Shown: positions 39,174-49,357, numbered from the stretch's first letter. The stretch: 60,509 nucleotides of DNA from an uncultured Candidatus Sumerlaeota bacterium (GCA_964389675.1 CAYMEV010000011.1:62001-122509); one strand, 5' to 3'. Numbers and translations: made by a program. Notes: a model not told the origin generated them from the sequence alone.

Positions 39174-40853
39174 TTAATCCTCAAAAAATGGATTGAGTTC
39201 CTCTATTTCTTCATTCTGAAGGATCTCAAAGATCTTTTCCGGAGTCTCGGCAGCAATAAGCTGCTCTTTTATATCGGGATTATGGCCGAATATCTTTGCA
39301 ACTGTTGCAAGAGCATTCAGGTGAAGGTCATAATGAGCTTTTGGCGTTGCAATCAGAATAACAATATGAACTGGCCGGTCATCCAGGGCCTGAAAATCTA
39401 TTCCATTCTTGAAAATACCTATAACGCCGCGGATTTTCGGCCCGCCTTCTATAATTGCATGGGGTATGGCAATATTATCGCCGATTCCTGTCGAGGATTC
39501 CCTTTCCCTGTCCATTACGCTCTTCAAAAGCTGGTTATGCTCTACATCCTTGCACTTATGGACCTTATACAGAAAATCTACCATCATCTCAAGAGCATTC
39601 CATTTATTGCCTGCTTTGGAATGTATAACAATATACTCCTCCTGGAGAAAATCAAGAAGGCGCAGCCGGTTCTTTGCCTCTTCGCCGGACCGGCGGATTA
39701 CCCAGGATGTCATCACAGGCCCTATAAGTTCGAAGAATATTACAGCAGTAAGTATTATGCCGCTTATTTCTGATGAAATTGAACTGAATGCCGGATTTCC
39801 GCTTATAAATAAAATCAGTATTATTGCAAGGCCGGACAGCGGATAGAGAGAAAATCCCACCGCATGCTGCACTGTATTGCTGGTTTTCGCAAAATATGCT
39901 CCTGTCCAGGGGCCTGCATATTTGCCGGCAAAGCGCAGGATTATCAGGATGATCCCTGCGATCCCTGCACTGTAAAGGACTCTAAAGTTGATATGAATAC
40001 CTATGAGGACAAAGAAGATCATATAAATCTCATTCTCTATTTCAGTAAGCGCGCTGAAGAATTTTCCCCTGTGCTTTGAGAAGTTCGTAATGATCATCCC
40101 GAGAAAAAGAGCAGATAACAGGCTGCTGAAGTGAAATGTTTCTGAAATACCGACAGTTATGAATACTGCGAATATGACCATGCTGAAAAATGAAATATTC
40201 TGCCTGCTCTTATTGCTCAGCATTATAAGCATAAGGCCTACCGATCCGCCAAGTATCAGCGATTCAAAAAGATAGATCTCCGGCTGGATCAATGCATTTC
40301 TCAGGCTGAATCCGCCTGCATGGGCTATCATATGAAACACCGAATAGAATATGATAAGTACAATTACATTGTTCAGCGCTACAACTGCTAGTATTGTCTT
40401 GGTCAATATCCCCCTGGCCTTTTTTTCCATAACAATATGAATGATAACCTCAGGTGTTGTCAATCCCGCAATAATTGAACAGAGAAGGCTGACCTGAAGT
40501 GATACGCCAGCAATATAGTAAAGCCCGCAGAAAACAAGAGGCATTACTGCAAAAAGGTCAGCGAATGTAATCCAGAGGATTCTCCTGCCTGCATTCTTAA
40601 GCCTTACCAGATCAAGATGGCTCCCGATGGTCAATCCTACAAGGCCCATTATAAAATTGATTATAGGCCACAGCTGGTTAAATGCCTGGTGTGAAACCAT
40701 GTGAAGGAAATAGGGGCCGAGCAATATCCCTCCGATCAGCTGGCCTGTCTCGGTGGGGAGTTTTGTGAGCTTTGCAAGCCTGGTAAACAGCATCCCGGTC
40801 GCGATCAGAACAGAAAGAAGAAGAAGAGGGCTTACATTATCAAGGACTGCCAT
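39174..40853 (-). CDS. Cation:proton antiporter (CPA2-like) fused to a PTS EIIA domain
   Basis: About 12 TMs (KLP..TG.LIGGILLGP, FFVLIG, ELIGP), then RE...STGIG.NIAIPHA (phospho-His) and ALDDRPVH. Confidence 0.88.
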   Translation of the reverse strand: MAVLDNVSPLLLLSVLIATGMLFTRLAKLTKLPTETGQLIGGILLGPYFLHMVSHQAFNQLWPIINFIMGLVGLTIGSHLDLVRLKNAGRRILWITFADLFAVMPLVFCGLYYIAGVSLQVSLLCSIIAGLTTPEVIIHIVMEKKARGILTKTILAVVALNNVIVLIIFYSVFHMIAHAGGFSLRNALIQPEIYLFESLILGGSVGLMLIMLSNKSRQNISFFSMVIFAVFITVGISETFHFSSLLSALFLGMIITNFSKHRGKFFSALTEIENEIYMIFFVLIGIHINFRVLYSAGIAGIILIILRFAGKYAGPWTGAYFAKTSNTVQHAVGFSLYPLSGLAIILILFISGNPAFSSISSEISGIILTAVIFFELIGPVMTSWVIRRSGEEAKNRLRLLDFLQEEYIVIHSKAGNKWNALEMMVDFLYKVHKCKDVEHNQLLKSVMDRERESSTGIGDNIAIPHAIIEGGPKIRGVIGIFKNGIDFQALDDRPVHIVILIATPKAHYDLHLNALATVAKIFGHNPDIKEQLIAAETPEKIFEILQNEEIEELNPFFED

Positions 40854-41105
40854 TTCTCATACCGTTCCTTAATGCTTTTCTGGTTTTTTCTCTTTGAAAC
40901 CTTTAACATTTTATAATACCCGTCCGGCACTGATCTATTCAAACATCAGGCCCCCGTTAATTAAACTGGAATTTCTCTCCATCTCCACTTCAGGAAATAG
41001 TACTGTCAATCATATTATTTCTAATTTGCCTAAAAAAAGATCATCCCAGCTGTCTGCTTCATCAATACAGCATGGGGGCAAACCTTAAGCAGGCTTATAT
41101 AAAGT

Positions 41106-41134
41106 ATATTACAAAAAAACACCGCTTTAGGCAA
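41106..41134 (-). promoter_or_regulatory. sigma70 promoter for the antiporter-EIIA gene (implies a ~250-nt leader)
   Basis: Minus strand TTGCCT-17 nt-TAATAT. Confidence 0.5.
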
Positions 41135-41171
41135 GGCTAATCTCAGGGCGTATAAACGCAGGGTCAATCCA

Positions 41172-41801
41172 TTATCCTGCAGCCTGCAGGGTGATCTCCC
41201 TTATTATCATGGCTGCTGCATCTATCAGCATATTTTTAGGGATATGGCATATATTCACATCCCTTTTTGCAAGCAGGCTGGCTGTATATTCAGTATCAAA
41301 GGGTATATGTAAAAAGATGCAATTATATGGCTTTTTTCTGATGTAAAAATACATGAAACTTGTATAATAAACAAGATTGCATATAAAGGTGCCTGCACTA
41401 TAGCTGACTGCTGCAGGGATGCTTTCCTTCAGCAGGATGCTCTGGCAGGCATGCAAATCCAGGCCGGATATAAATCCGTCAGGGCCGTCATGTGCTATCT
41501 TCCGGAAGGGTATTATTCTCCCCTCATTATCTTCTTTCCCGCCGTAATCCAGAATATTCAAAGCTGTCTTTTCAAGAAGGATTTTTGATGTATCCTTTTT
41601 TAATCCTATATTGATTATAAATTCCGGATTTATTTCATTGATATACTCATTATATATGGTTCCTGCAGAAGATGAGACGGGTAGGGTCCTGGATACTGTA
41701 TCCATACCGCTGAGGATCCTGACAATTTCCTCAGCAACCATGCCTGACGGATTATAGCTGAAATCTCCGAAAGGCTGAAAACCTGTGATCAGTATGCTCA
41801 A
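41172..41801 (-). CDS. pcp: Pyroglutamyl-peptidase I (C15)
   Basis: ILITGFQPF...NPS. Catalytic Glu (LLEKTALN), Cys (AGTFICN) and His (FLHIP). Confidence 0.9.
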   Translation of the reverse strand: MSILITGFQPFGDFSYNPSGMVAEEIVRILSGMDTVSRTLPVSSSAGTIYNEYINEINPEFIINIGLKKDTSKILLEKTALNILDYGGKEDNEGRIIPFRKIAHDGPDGFISGLDLHACQSILLKESIPAAVSYSAGTFICNLVYYTSFMYFYIRKKPYNCIFLHIPFDTEYTASLLAKRDVNICHIPKNMLIDAAAMIIREITLQAAG

Positions 41802-41802
41802 A

Positions 41803-42357
41803 TCAGTCCTGTTTTATAAGGTTATTAATGAGCTGAAGCAGGTCTTTCTGGCTGAATGGCTTGCTCAGGTATCCCTTGGCTCCGACAAAATAACCTGTTT
41901 TAATATCATCTTCAGTGCTCTTTGCTGAAAGCATTACTATTGGTATATCACGGGTGATAGGGTCCTGATAGACGGTATCACAGAACTCAAAACCATCCAT
42001 CTTCGGCATCATCACATCTAATATGATCAGGTCCGGTTTGACCTTGAGCACCATTTCCAGCCCGGCAAAACCGTCCTCGGCAAAAAATGATTCATAGCCT
42101 TCCATCTCAAGGAAGGTTTTAAGAAGCTCCCTTATAGCAGGATCATCATCTACGATAAGGATCTTCTTGCCATTTTTGACAGGTTCATGCCTGAGTGATT
42201 GAGTTGATTCAAGGCCGCTTTCAGATATTTTCTTTTTGATCTCCATCAGTGATGTTTTATGCTTAATAATAACATTATTGATCCTTGTAATTTCATTGCT
42301 GAGCTTGTCCAGATCAATTAATATCTGAGTTATATGAGCATCCAATTTTTCTTGCAT
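41803..42357 (-). CDS. Response regulator: N-terminal coiled coil plus receiver domain
   Basis: ILIVDDD, LDVMMPKMDG, MLSAK and YLSKPF, after a ~50-aa heptad N-terminus. Confidence 0.88.
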   Translation of the reverse strand: MQEKLDAHITQILIDLDKLSNEITRINNVIIKHKTSLMEIKKKISESGLESTQSLRHEPVKNGKKILIVDDDPAIRELLKTFLEMEGYESFFAEDGFAGLEMVLKVKPDLIILDVMMPKMDGFEFCDTVYQDPITRDIPIVMLSAKSTEDDIKTGYFVGAKGYLSKPFSQKDLLQLINNLIKQD

Positions 42358-42437
42358 ATTTATACACTCCTAAACATAATGTTATAGGTTTAATATACTA
42401 TTATAATTGCCCAAAGGCAAATAAATACTAAATCCCT

Positions 42438-43661
42438 ATGAAAAGCTTTATCTATATTTTATTTCTTATTTTAGGCTTATTTATTGGTTTTAAGCTCTTA
42501 AGAAGGCTTATTTACAAAATCATCGCAGGAAAGCCATACAGATTCAGGTCAGGCAATGCCGGGACAGCTTTAATAAAGACAGATTTCTACCCCAGGCACT
42601 GCTTTACCGATGGGGATAACCTCTATTTTTCATCGGAAAAGGGATCAAGATCATATCTTCACAGGCTTGAGGGCAGTAATTTTGTTAATTTCTTCCAGTC
42701 GGACAGGAAACTGATGGCAGTACCATTAATTTCTGATGAAAGAATGTTCTGCGTTTTGGGAAACAAGCTGGAATTTTACAGGTCATTAAAGATGGTCTGG
42801 CAGGCTGATATAAAAAAAAGCCCCATTTCAGGCAACCAGATCTCACCCAGAATTGATGAGGATTTCCTCTACTTTCCTGAGTCAGACCTGATACTCGGTA
42901 AACATAAAAACAGAGCACCCGTCTCCGATCAGGCCCCCGGAATAAAAAGGTTCAACATTGATAATGGCCGTATCGACCTCGAGCTTCCCTTAAGCTATAT
43001 AAAATCCAGGTACGGCTTTTTAAGCGGGTGCGATACAAATCTCGTATTTGATGACTGCTTTTTTTATGCAGGATTGCAGACCGGCTATTTCTATAAGATT
43101 GACAAAAGGACATTCATGGCAGCATGGTCCGTCAAACTCCCTGAGACCTCAAAAGATTACAGAAGAAGGACTGATTTTGATTTTGACCCCATCCTGGATG
43201 AAAAATATGCCTATATAGGTTATAATGGCCTGCTTTGCGTTATTGACAAGGAAAGTGCGGAGATAAAGGCGCGGGTCAAATACTATCAGGAACCGGGCTC
43301 TATGGTACTGACAGAAAATTCAGGGTATTTTTCAACAATGGGAAGCATATACAGATTAGATAAAGACACACTGAAGGAAGAGCAGTTTGTATCATTAAAC
43401 AGGAAATACATTTTCCTTACTGCTGTCAATAATTCTATTATAGCAGCATTAGCGACCAGCAGAAGGCCTGCATATAAAAGGCTTTTCAACAGATACAGCG
43501 GGATTCTCCTTCTGTTAAATGCAGAAACCGGGGAAAAACTGCTGGAACTGGAAATTTACAATATTGGGAACCCTGCTATAAAGATCTGGAATAACAGGCT
43601 TGTAATAAGGAAGGAAGATAATGCTGTTATGCTTATAGATATCCCGGACAGCCTACTTTAG
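42438..43661 (+). CDS. Membrane-anchored PQQ-like beta-propeller protein
   Basis: N-terminal TM, then repeated blade-like segments (FYKIDKRT..AAW, VIDKESAEIK, LNAETGEKL). Confidence 0.6.
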   Translation: MKSFIYILFLILGLFIGFKLLRRLIYKIIAGKPYRFRSGNAGTALIKTDFYPRHCFTDGDNLYFSSEKGSRSYLHRLEGSNFVNFFQSDRKLMAVPLISDERMFCVLGNKLEFYRSLKMVWQADIKKSPISGNQISPRIDEDFLYFPESDLILGKHKNRAPVSDQAPGIKRFNIDNGRIDLELPLSYIKSRYGFLSGCDTNLVFDDCFFYAGLQTGYFYKIDKRTFMAAWSVKLPETSKDYRRRTDFDFDPILDEKYAYIGYNGLLCVIDKESAEIKARVKYYQEPGSMVLTENSGYFSTMGSIYRLDKDTLKEEQFVSLNRKYIFLTAVNNSIIAALATSRRPAYKRLFNRYSGILLLLNAETGEKLLELEIYNIGNPAIKIWNNRLVIRKEDNAVMLIDIPDSLL

Positions 43662-46187
43662 CGTTTTGAGGTCATCCTTAAGGGCATTGCCTATTTTCTG
43701 GATCTCTGAAATAAGCACTTCGATCTCGGCGACTATCTTATTGTCCCTTTCATAGATAGAGCTGAGATTATCAAAGGCTGACCCCTGGGTTCTGGCCTCA
43801 GGAATGGCACTTGATAAAGCCGAATTCAGCTTTTTAATCTTTTCTGTCAGGTTTTTCAGGTCAGACTCAAACATAAGGAGGTTGCCGGACATCTTGGAAA
43901 AAACCCTGGTAACTGATGAATTCTGTTCCTTTAGTTCATTTTTATTTTTCAGTGCATCTGAGAACCTTTCTTTTATTGTCTCGACATACTCATTTATATT
44001 CCTGAGCTCATCGTATATCGTCTGGGAATTATCGTTTATCATATGGGTTGAGTCAGATTGTTCAGTAATGCTCTTATAGATAATACTTATCTGGTCAAGT
44101 GTCGTCCTGGCCTTGTCCACAATGATCCTTAGATTGTTCCCGGCATTCTCGATCAGTTTCAGTCCATTCTCCAGCGTCGACCTGCCGAGGTTCAGGGCAT
44201 TGGTTATACTCTCGACATTATCTTTGATACTTCCTACCATCTTTTCAATGTCCTTTATTGAAACTGTAGTTTTTTCAGCAAGTGAATGTATCTCATTTGC
44301 TACTATAAGAAAGCTTTTGCCGTATTCGCCTGATTGAGAGGCAATTATTGATGCATTAAGCGATAACAGATTGGTTTTTTTTGCGATTTCATGGATAACC
44401 TCAATAATAAAATCAATATTATTGGTCTTGTCTCCAAGATTTTCAATAAGGTAGGTGATATTGCTGAAATGGTTGTTTATCTGATAGAATGCATTCTTTG
44501 TCTTGTCTATAATTAATTCTCCATTTTCAGATGAATTGAAAGTGCTTTGCGCCAGTTCCCTTATTTCATTTGTAATTATCTGTATATGCTTAATGCTTGC
44601 ATCGAGCTCCGAAAGCCCTGAACTGCTGTCAGAGGATATCTGAAAGAGGTTCCCGATTATTTCGTGCATATTTGTCAGTTCATCGTAAAATTTTTCAAAG
44701 AGGCTGCTGTCCTTTTCAATTATAGTGTTAATATTTGTGATATCTCCGGATAATTTGGTTATTAGAGGATGGAAATCCTCTAATTTTGACTGGATATTAT
44801 TTCCTGATTTCTTGAGTTCTGAAGAAAGCTCCATGTTTTTATCCATATCATTGTTCAGTGTGCCGGATTCAAATCCCAGCCTTTCAAGCAGGGATTTTGC
44901 AGAATTGATATGAAGCCCGATATTATGAAGCTTATCCTTCACCATGCTGTTAATAGATAAGATCAATTCATCTATCTTCCTGAATTTTTCAAAGATATCA
45001 TTATACCTGAAAACCATCATATTTATCTGGTAATCCAGAGCCCTGAACTCAGTATGCGATATAACATCAGTAATTTTTGGGCTATTGCCTCTGTTAAAGG
45101 CTTCTATCTTGTCATGAAGCACACTCAGGCTGTCCCCGTATGATGATGATATAAAGAACCCTGCAATGATAAGCAGGATAACCGCATAGGCCAGAATAAT
45201 ATATTTATGCCTGGCTTTAGAGAATATGCCAGTGAAACGGGACATGTCAAACCGGAAGATCATGCAGGATTCACCCATGTCCTTGAGCAGGTAAAACTGC
45301 CTGTCATTTGCATCCTCAATGAACAGAAGGCCATCCAGTTCAGTTTTACGGGTCTGCACAATATATGCAATTCTTTTTTCCTCAGCATCATCAATAAATG
45401 CAGATGATTTAATTATATTCTTCCCGACTGGATCAATAATTATTATATCGAACGGCATTTCATCCCGGAAAAGGTTAGCATCGCCTGATTTATAGTTTTC
45501 AATACATTTGTCTATATAAGGCCTGTTAAAGGAAGAGATCATGATCTTGCCGTATCTTGAGCATTCAAGGTTTGAATAGACGATTGCGACAAAAGAGAAA
45601 AAGATTATTATCATGGACAGGATCAGCGCCATGGTTTTTTTGAAGGCAAATCTGTCATAATGGCTTGTTTCTCTCTGTATATCCAGAAAAAAATCGTATT
45701 TATTTATCAGAATGCAATAATAGTCCTGCATCATCCTGTTAAACAGAATATATTCAAACAGGAATATAAAAAAGGCTGTTATAGCGACAGCCATAAAGCT
45801 CAGAAGAAGCCTGGCATATGATATGCTGGAGTATTTATACTTAAGAAAAAAGGATATCAGTATCATGCTGAATATAAAAAGCGATGTCCCCATTAATGAC
45901 ATTGCAGCTGGAAAGTTCTGGCCTGCCTTATAAGCCTTTTCAACATCTTTCCTCTTCTCATACCGCTGTGCAGGTTTCATCATCGGCACAAAATAATACC
46001 TGCGTGCTATCAGATAGTGGCATGTGATTGATAAAACCGCTGCAATAAACAGGACAAAAGAAATGGAATAAAAATAGTTCCAGATGAGGGAAAGTGTAAT
46101 ATAATTAACAAAAATATACAGGAATGGGAGCACTATTCCAAGACTTATGATAATTGCCAGAAAAAACCTTTTAATATAGCTTGTCAT
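43653..46187 (-). CDS. Methyl-accepting chemotaxis protein with a multi-TM N-terminus
   Basis: Hairpin-tip motif IAKKTNLLSLNASIIASQSGEYGKSFLIVANEIHSLAEKT, about 6 N-terminal TMs and long coiled coils. Confidence 0.85.
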   Translation of the reverse strand: MTSYIKRFFLAIIISLGIVLPFLYIFVNYITLSLIWNYFYSISFVLFIAAVLSITCHYLIARRYYFVPMMKPAQRYEKRKDVEKAYKAGQNFPAAMSLMGTSLFIFSMILISFFLKYKYSSISYARLLLSFMAVAITAFFIFLFEYILFNRMMQDYYCILINKYDFFLDIQRETSHYDRFAFKKTMALILSMIIIFFSFVAIVYSNLECSRYGKIMISSFNRPYIDKCIENYKSGDANLFRDEMPFDIIIIDPVGKNIIKSSAFIDDAEEKRIAYIVQTRKTELDGLLFIEDANDRQFYLLKDMGESCMIFRFDMSRFTGIFSKARHKYIILAYAVILLIIAGFFISSSYGDSLSVLHDKIEAFNRGNSPKITDVISHTEFRALDYQINMMVFRYNDIFEKFRKIDELILSINSMVKDKLHNIGLHINSAKSLLERLGFESGTLNNDMDKNMELSSELKKSGNNIQSKLEDFHPLITKLSGDITNINTIIEKDSSLFEKFYDELTNMHEIIGNLFQISSDSSSGLSELDASIKHIQIITNEIRELAQSTFNSSENGELIIDKTKNAFYQINNHFSNITYLIENLGDKTNNIDFIIEVIHEIAKKTNLLSLNASIIASQSGEYGKSFLIVANEIHSLAEKTTVSIKDIEKMVGSIKDNVESITNALNLGRSTLENGLKLIENAGNNLRIIVDKARTTLDQISIIYKSITEQSDSTHMINDNSQTIYDELRNINEYVETIKERFSDALKNKNELKEQNSSVTRVFSKMSGNLLMFESDLKNLTEKIKKLNSALSSAIPEARTQGSAFDNLSSIYERDNKIVAEIEVLISEIQKIGNALKDDLKTLK

Positions 46188-47512
46188 ATACTGCTCTCCG
46201 AAAATTCAATATAATCCCCCTTTTCAACATCACATTCAGATTCCGGTGTAAGAACTGCTTTCGAGAACAGTTCATCCGCTTCCAATACCTCTATGAAGCA
46301 TCCGGAGTCATTCTCAAACCCCAGCAGCAGTCCATTTACCGGGTCTTCGACAAGGGCATCACTGCTGAATACTTCAAAACGGTCTCCTGTCTTTACGTTC
46401 TGAAGCCTGCCGGCATTTATATAGACATGCCCGTCAGATACATCTGCAATCCTTCCTCTGAAAGGCTGAACGACTATCTGCTCCAGCATATGATAAACAG
46501 CATTTGTAACAGCCCTTTCAAGGATCCTGTATGCCAGCTTTGCGCTGTACTCCACACCACCGCCGATATCGGATATGTACACAGTTGTCACACTCTCCTC
46601 TGCCTCGCTTTTCTGAGCATATAATACTTCTCCGGTCACAGCATCCACAGCCCTTAGGTCAACACTGCACTTCAGTTTATAGTTCTTTACATCCAGGTGG
46701 TCAGTATACCATATCATATCTCTTGCAGATTTTGGTTCCTTCCCGGATATGGCCCACACTGTAAGATATAGCAGTGCACCTGTCGGAACGACGCTTTCTA
46801 CATGTTTCCTCTCCAGAAGAAAGTTGGAAATGTTTCCCATAAACAGAACCTCAGCATTCAGAAGGTTCCCGGCTGTTCTAACTGAACGGCTATCCAGAAT
46901 GCCATCCTCAGCAAGCTTCTGCTCGGACATAATATCGTCTATTCTCTGTCTTTCAAGCAATATGAACATGTTCGACCTGTCAAGGTTAGTAGTAATTATT
47001 GCTGATGCCGCCTCCGAAAGGGCAGAATCGTAACTGCCAGCAGGGTTGTCTCCCTCAAGGGCAAATCCGATATTAGCATATCTATCAGGGTCCTCAATAC
47101 CTGCCCCGATAAGCCCTGCTTCCTGCTGGTCGATAACAGACCTTAAGTTGACAAGGTCCTGCCTTCCTTCATCATCAAGGTTTTCATTCATCAAAAGGTA
47201 ATAGTTTGCCTTATTAATTCTGTAGGATGACAGAAGTTCCGCAGTATCGCTGTCCAGGCCTGAAATATCGTCGCAATAGGGAACGCTGTCTCCTGCATAA
47301 AGCATTCCCAGCGCTTTCACCTTGTTTGAAAAATCAGTATTATCATATACCCTGAGAACAGCAGCAGTCTTTTTTATGACAGGGAAACCGACAGGTTTGA
47401 CCTCAAGCATTACCTGCTTCTTTGAAGAACATCCCGGCAGGAGTAATAAAAAAACTGCACATAACAATAAGCATAAATGCTTTTTGATAAAGCCTGAGCT
47501 ATTATACATCAA
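46184..47512 (-). CDS. CsgG/HfaB-family lipoprotein with an FlgT-C-like domain
   Basis: Lipobox LPGC, F.LLERQRIDDIMSEQKL, A..L..G.IS.F, VDLRAVDAVTGEV and a C-terminal VYINAG..NVK.GD.FEV. Confidence 0.75.
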   Translation of the reverse strand: MMYNSSGFIKKHLCLLLCAVFLLLLPGCSSKKQVMLEVKPVGFPVIKKTAAVLRVYDNTDFSNKVKALGMLYAGDSVPYCDDISGLDSDTAELLSSYRINKANYYLLMNENLDDEGRQDLVNLRSVIDQQEAGLIGAGIEDPDRYANIGFALEGDNPAGSYDSALSEAASAIITTNLDRSNMFILLERQRIDDIMSEQKLAEDGILDSRSVRTAGNLLNAEVLFMGNISNFLLERKHVESVVPTGALLYLTVWAISGKEPKSARDMIWYTDHLDVKNYKLKCSVDLRAVDAVTGEVLYAQKSEAEESVTTVYISDIGGGVEYSAKLAYRILERAVTNAVYHMLEQIVVQPFRGRIADVSDGHVYINAGRLQNVKTGDRFEVFSSDALVEDPVNGLLLGFENDSGCFIEVLEADELFSKAVLTPESECDVEKGDYIEFSESSI

Positions 47513-47539
47513 AATATCCCATAGATATATATCAATCAG

Positions 47540-47920
47540 TTATTCGTGTGCAATCCCCTCAATCTCGATCATTACGGACTTTGGAAGCTCTGATACCTCC
47601 ACAAAGGCCCTTGCAGGAAACTTTTCGGTAAAATAACCGGAATATATCTCATTAATAGTGGCAAAATTTCCCATATCTTTAACGAATACATTTACCTTGA
47701 CAAGGTTAGACATATCCATTCCGGCCTCCTTAAGGATCGCCCTGATATTTTCCATTACCATTTTCGCCTGCTCTGCAATCCCTCCCTCTACAATGCTTCC
47801 GGTAGCCGGATCAATAGGGATCTGCCCGGATAAATAAAGGAATCCGTCAATCATGACAGCCTGGGAATATGGGCCTATCGCCTTTGGGGCATTGGAAGTT
47901 GCAATAATTGTTTTTTCCAT
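47540..47920 (-). CDS. ridA: RidA family enamine/imine deaminase
   Basis: APKAIGPYSQA, SGQIP, FPAR and LPK...IEIE. Confidence 0.95.
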   Translation of the reverse strand: MEKTIIATSNAPKAIGPYSQAVMIDGFLYLSGQIPIDPATGSIVEGGIAEQAKMVMENIRAILKEAGMDMSNLVKVNVFVKDMGNFATINEIYSGYFTEKFPARAFVEVSELPKSVMIEIEGIAHE

Positions 47921-47970
47921 TCTATAATCTCCTTGCTGTATTATTTATAATAATAGCTTATTTGTCTAAA

Positions 47971-48996
47971 CTAATCAACAACTACCTTTTTAAGCAGCTT
48001 CAGGTTATCCAGCATGGCTCCAGCTCCAAGGGCAACACAATATAAAGGCTCCTCAGCAATTGTAATTGGAAGGTCTGTCTCTTCCCTCAATCTTATATCG
48101 AGGTTCTTCAGCAAAGCCCCGCCGCCTGCTAGTACTATACCCTTATCAGCAATATCTGCAGATAATTCAGGGGGTGTCCTTTCCAGGGTAGCCCTTATAT
48201 TTTCCACTATCTGCTGTACAGTTTCACTGAGTGCCTGCCTTATTTCATCGTCCTTTACAAGGATAGTCTTGGGCACTCCTTCTGTAAGGTCTCTTCCCTT
48301 TATCTCCATTGTAAGCCTTTCTTCGAGTGGAAAGGCGCTTCCGATCTTTATCTTTATCATCTCCGCTGTTCTCTCCCCTATAAGAAGAGAATAATTGGAC
48401 CTTATATATTTTATGATTGCCTGGTCCATTGCATTTCCTGCGATCCTGATGGATTTGGACACTACTATTCCAGCAAGTGAAATTACCGCTACCTCGGTAG
48501 TCCCTCCTCCAATGTCTACTATCATTGAACCGCTTGCTTCCTCAACCTTTATGGCAGCCCCTATTGCAGCAGCCATCGGCTCTTCTACAATATGTACCTC
48601 TGAAGCGCCTGCCCTCAGGGCACTGTCCCTTACAGCCCTTTTCTCCACCTGTGTTATCCCGGAAGGAACCGCAATTATAATCCTCGGCCTTATAAGGGTC
48701 TTTCTGTTGTGTACCTTTCGGATAAAATACTTCAGCATCTGCTCAGTACTGTCAAAATCAGCAATGACACCGTCCTTCATCGGCCTGATCGCTTCAATGG
48801 TACCCGGAGTCCTGCCCAGCATCTCCTTGGCATCTTTTCCAACAGACTCAACTTTTTTTGTAAGGGTGTTTATTGCAACAATGGATGGTTCTGAGAGGAG
48901 TATGCCTCTTCCTTTTACATATACCAGAGTATTCGCTGTTCCTAAATCTATTGCCAAATCTTTTGAAAACATACGGAAAAAGCCTTCAAATACCAT
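47971..48996 (-). CDS. mreB: Rod shape-determining protein MreB
   Basis: IDLGTANT, RPMKDGVIADF, EEPMAAAIGA, VDIGGGTTE and GGGALL. Confidence 0.97.
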   Translation of the reverse strand: MVFEGFFRMFSKDLAIDLGTANTLVYVKGRGILLSEPSIVAINTLTKKVESVGKDAKEMLGRTPGTIEAIRPMKDGVIADFDSTEQMLKYFIRKVHNRKTLIRPRIIIAVPSGITQVEKRAVRDSALRAGASEVHIVEEPMAAAIGAAIKVEEASGSMIVDIGGGTTEVAVISLAGIVVSKSIRIAGNAMDQAIIKYIRSNYSLLIGERTAEMIKIKIGSAFPLEERLTMEIKGRDLTEGVPKTILVKDDEIRQALSETVQQIVENIRATLERTPPELSADIADKGIVLAGGGALLKNLDIRLREETDLPITIAEEPLYCVALGAGAMLDNLKLLKKVVVD

Positions 48997-49033
48997 GTCT
49001 ATCTCCTGTCATGTAATTAATTAGCTTTAAGCT

Positions 49034-49348
49034 TCATTCTTTAGTGAACCTTTTATCAATTTTCTGCTTAAGGTCATTAATGGTCTGCATATGCTGGCTG
49101 TTCAGAAGCTTTGATAAAACTTCCCTGTCCTGACTTATGTCAACATCATTCTCAATCTTCTGTTTAATCTCCCCGCCAAGTATTATTAAAGTCAGTATTA
49201 TTGGATTTGGATAAAGGGTAACCTCGGTCTGTATCTGAAAGGAAATATTTCCCAGTCTGACCTCAGACAGCCTTCCCATCGGCAGATTCTCAGAGCGGAG
49301 AGAAAAGATCGTATCTCTTGTAATATTCGGTTTATTATTTTCATCCAT
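49034..49348 (-). CDS. Conserved-looking small hypothetical protein
   Basis: 104 aa in operon context, with a GRLSEV...FQIQTE...P.I.T....GG...QH pattern. Confidence 0.6.
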   Translation of the reverse strand: MDENNKPNITRDTIFSLRSENLPMGRLSEVRLGNISFQIQTEVTLYPNPIILTLIILGGEIKQKIENDVDISQDREVLSKLLNSQHMQTINDLKQKIDKRFTKE

Positions 49349-49357
49349 ATTTTTTTT

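Noticed and set aside
40935-40990. Fluoride (crcB) riboswitch-like GGAGAUGG...CUGAUG on the minus strand
   Set aside because: The 3' pseudoknot partner (..CCUAC) is missing, so the match is only partial.
48014-49024. Plus-strand ORFs of 126 and 209 aa
   Set aside because: They are antisense shadows of the well-supported mreB.
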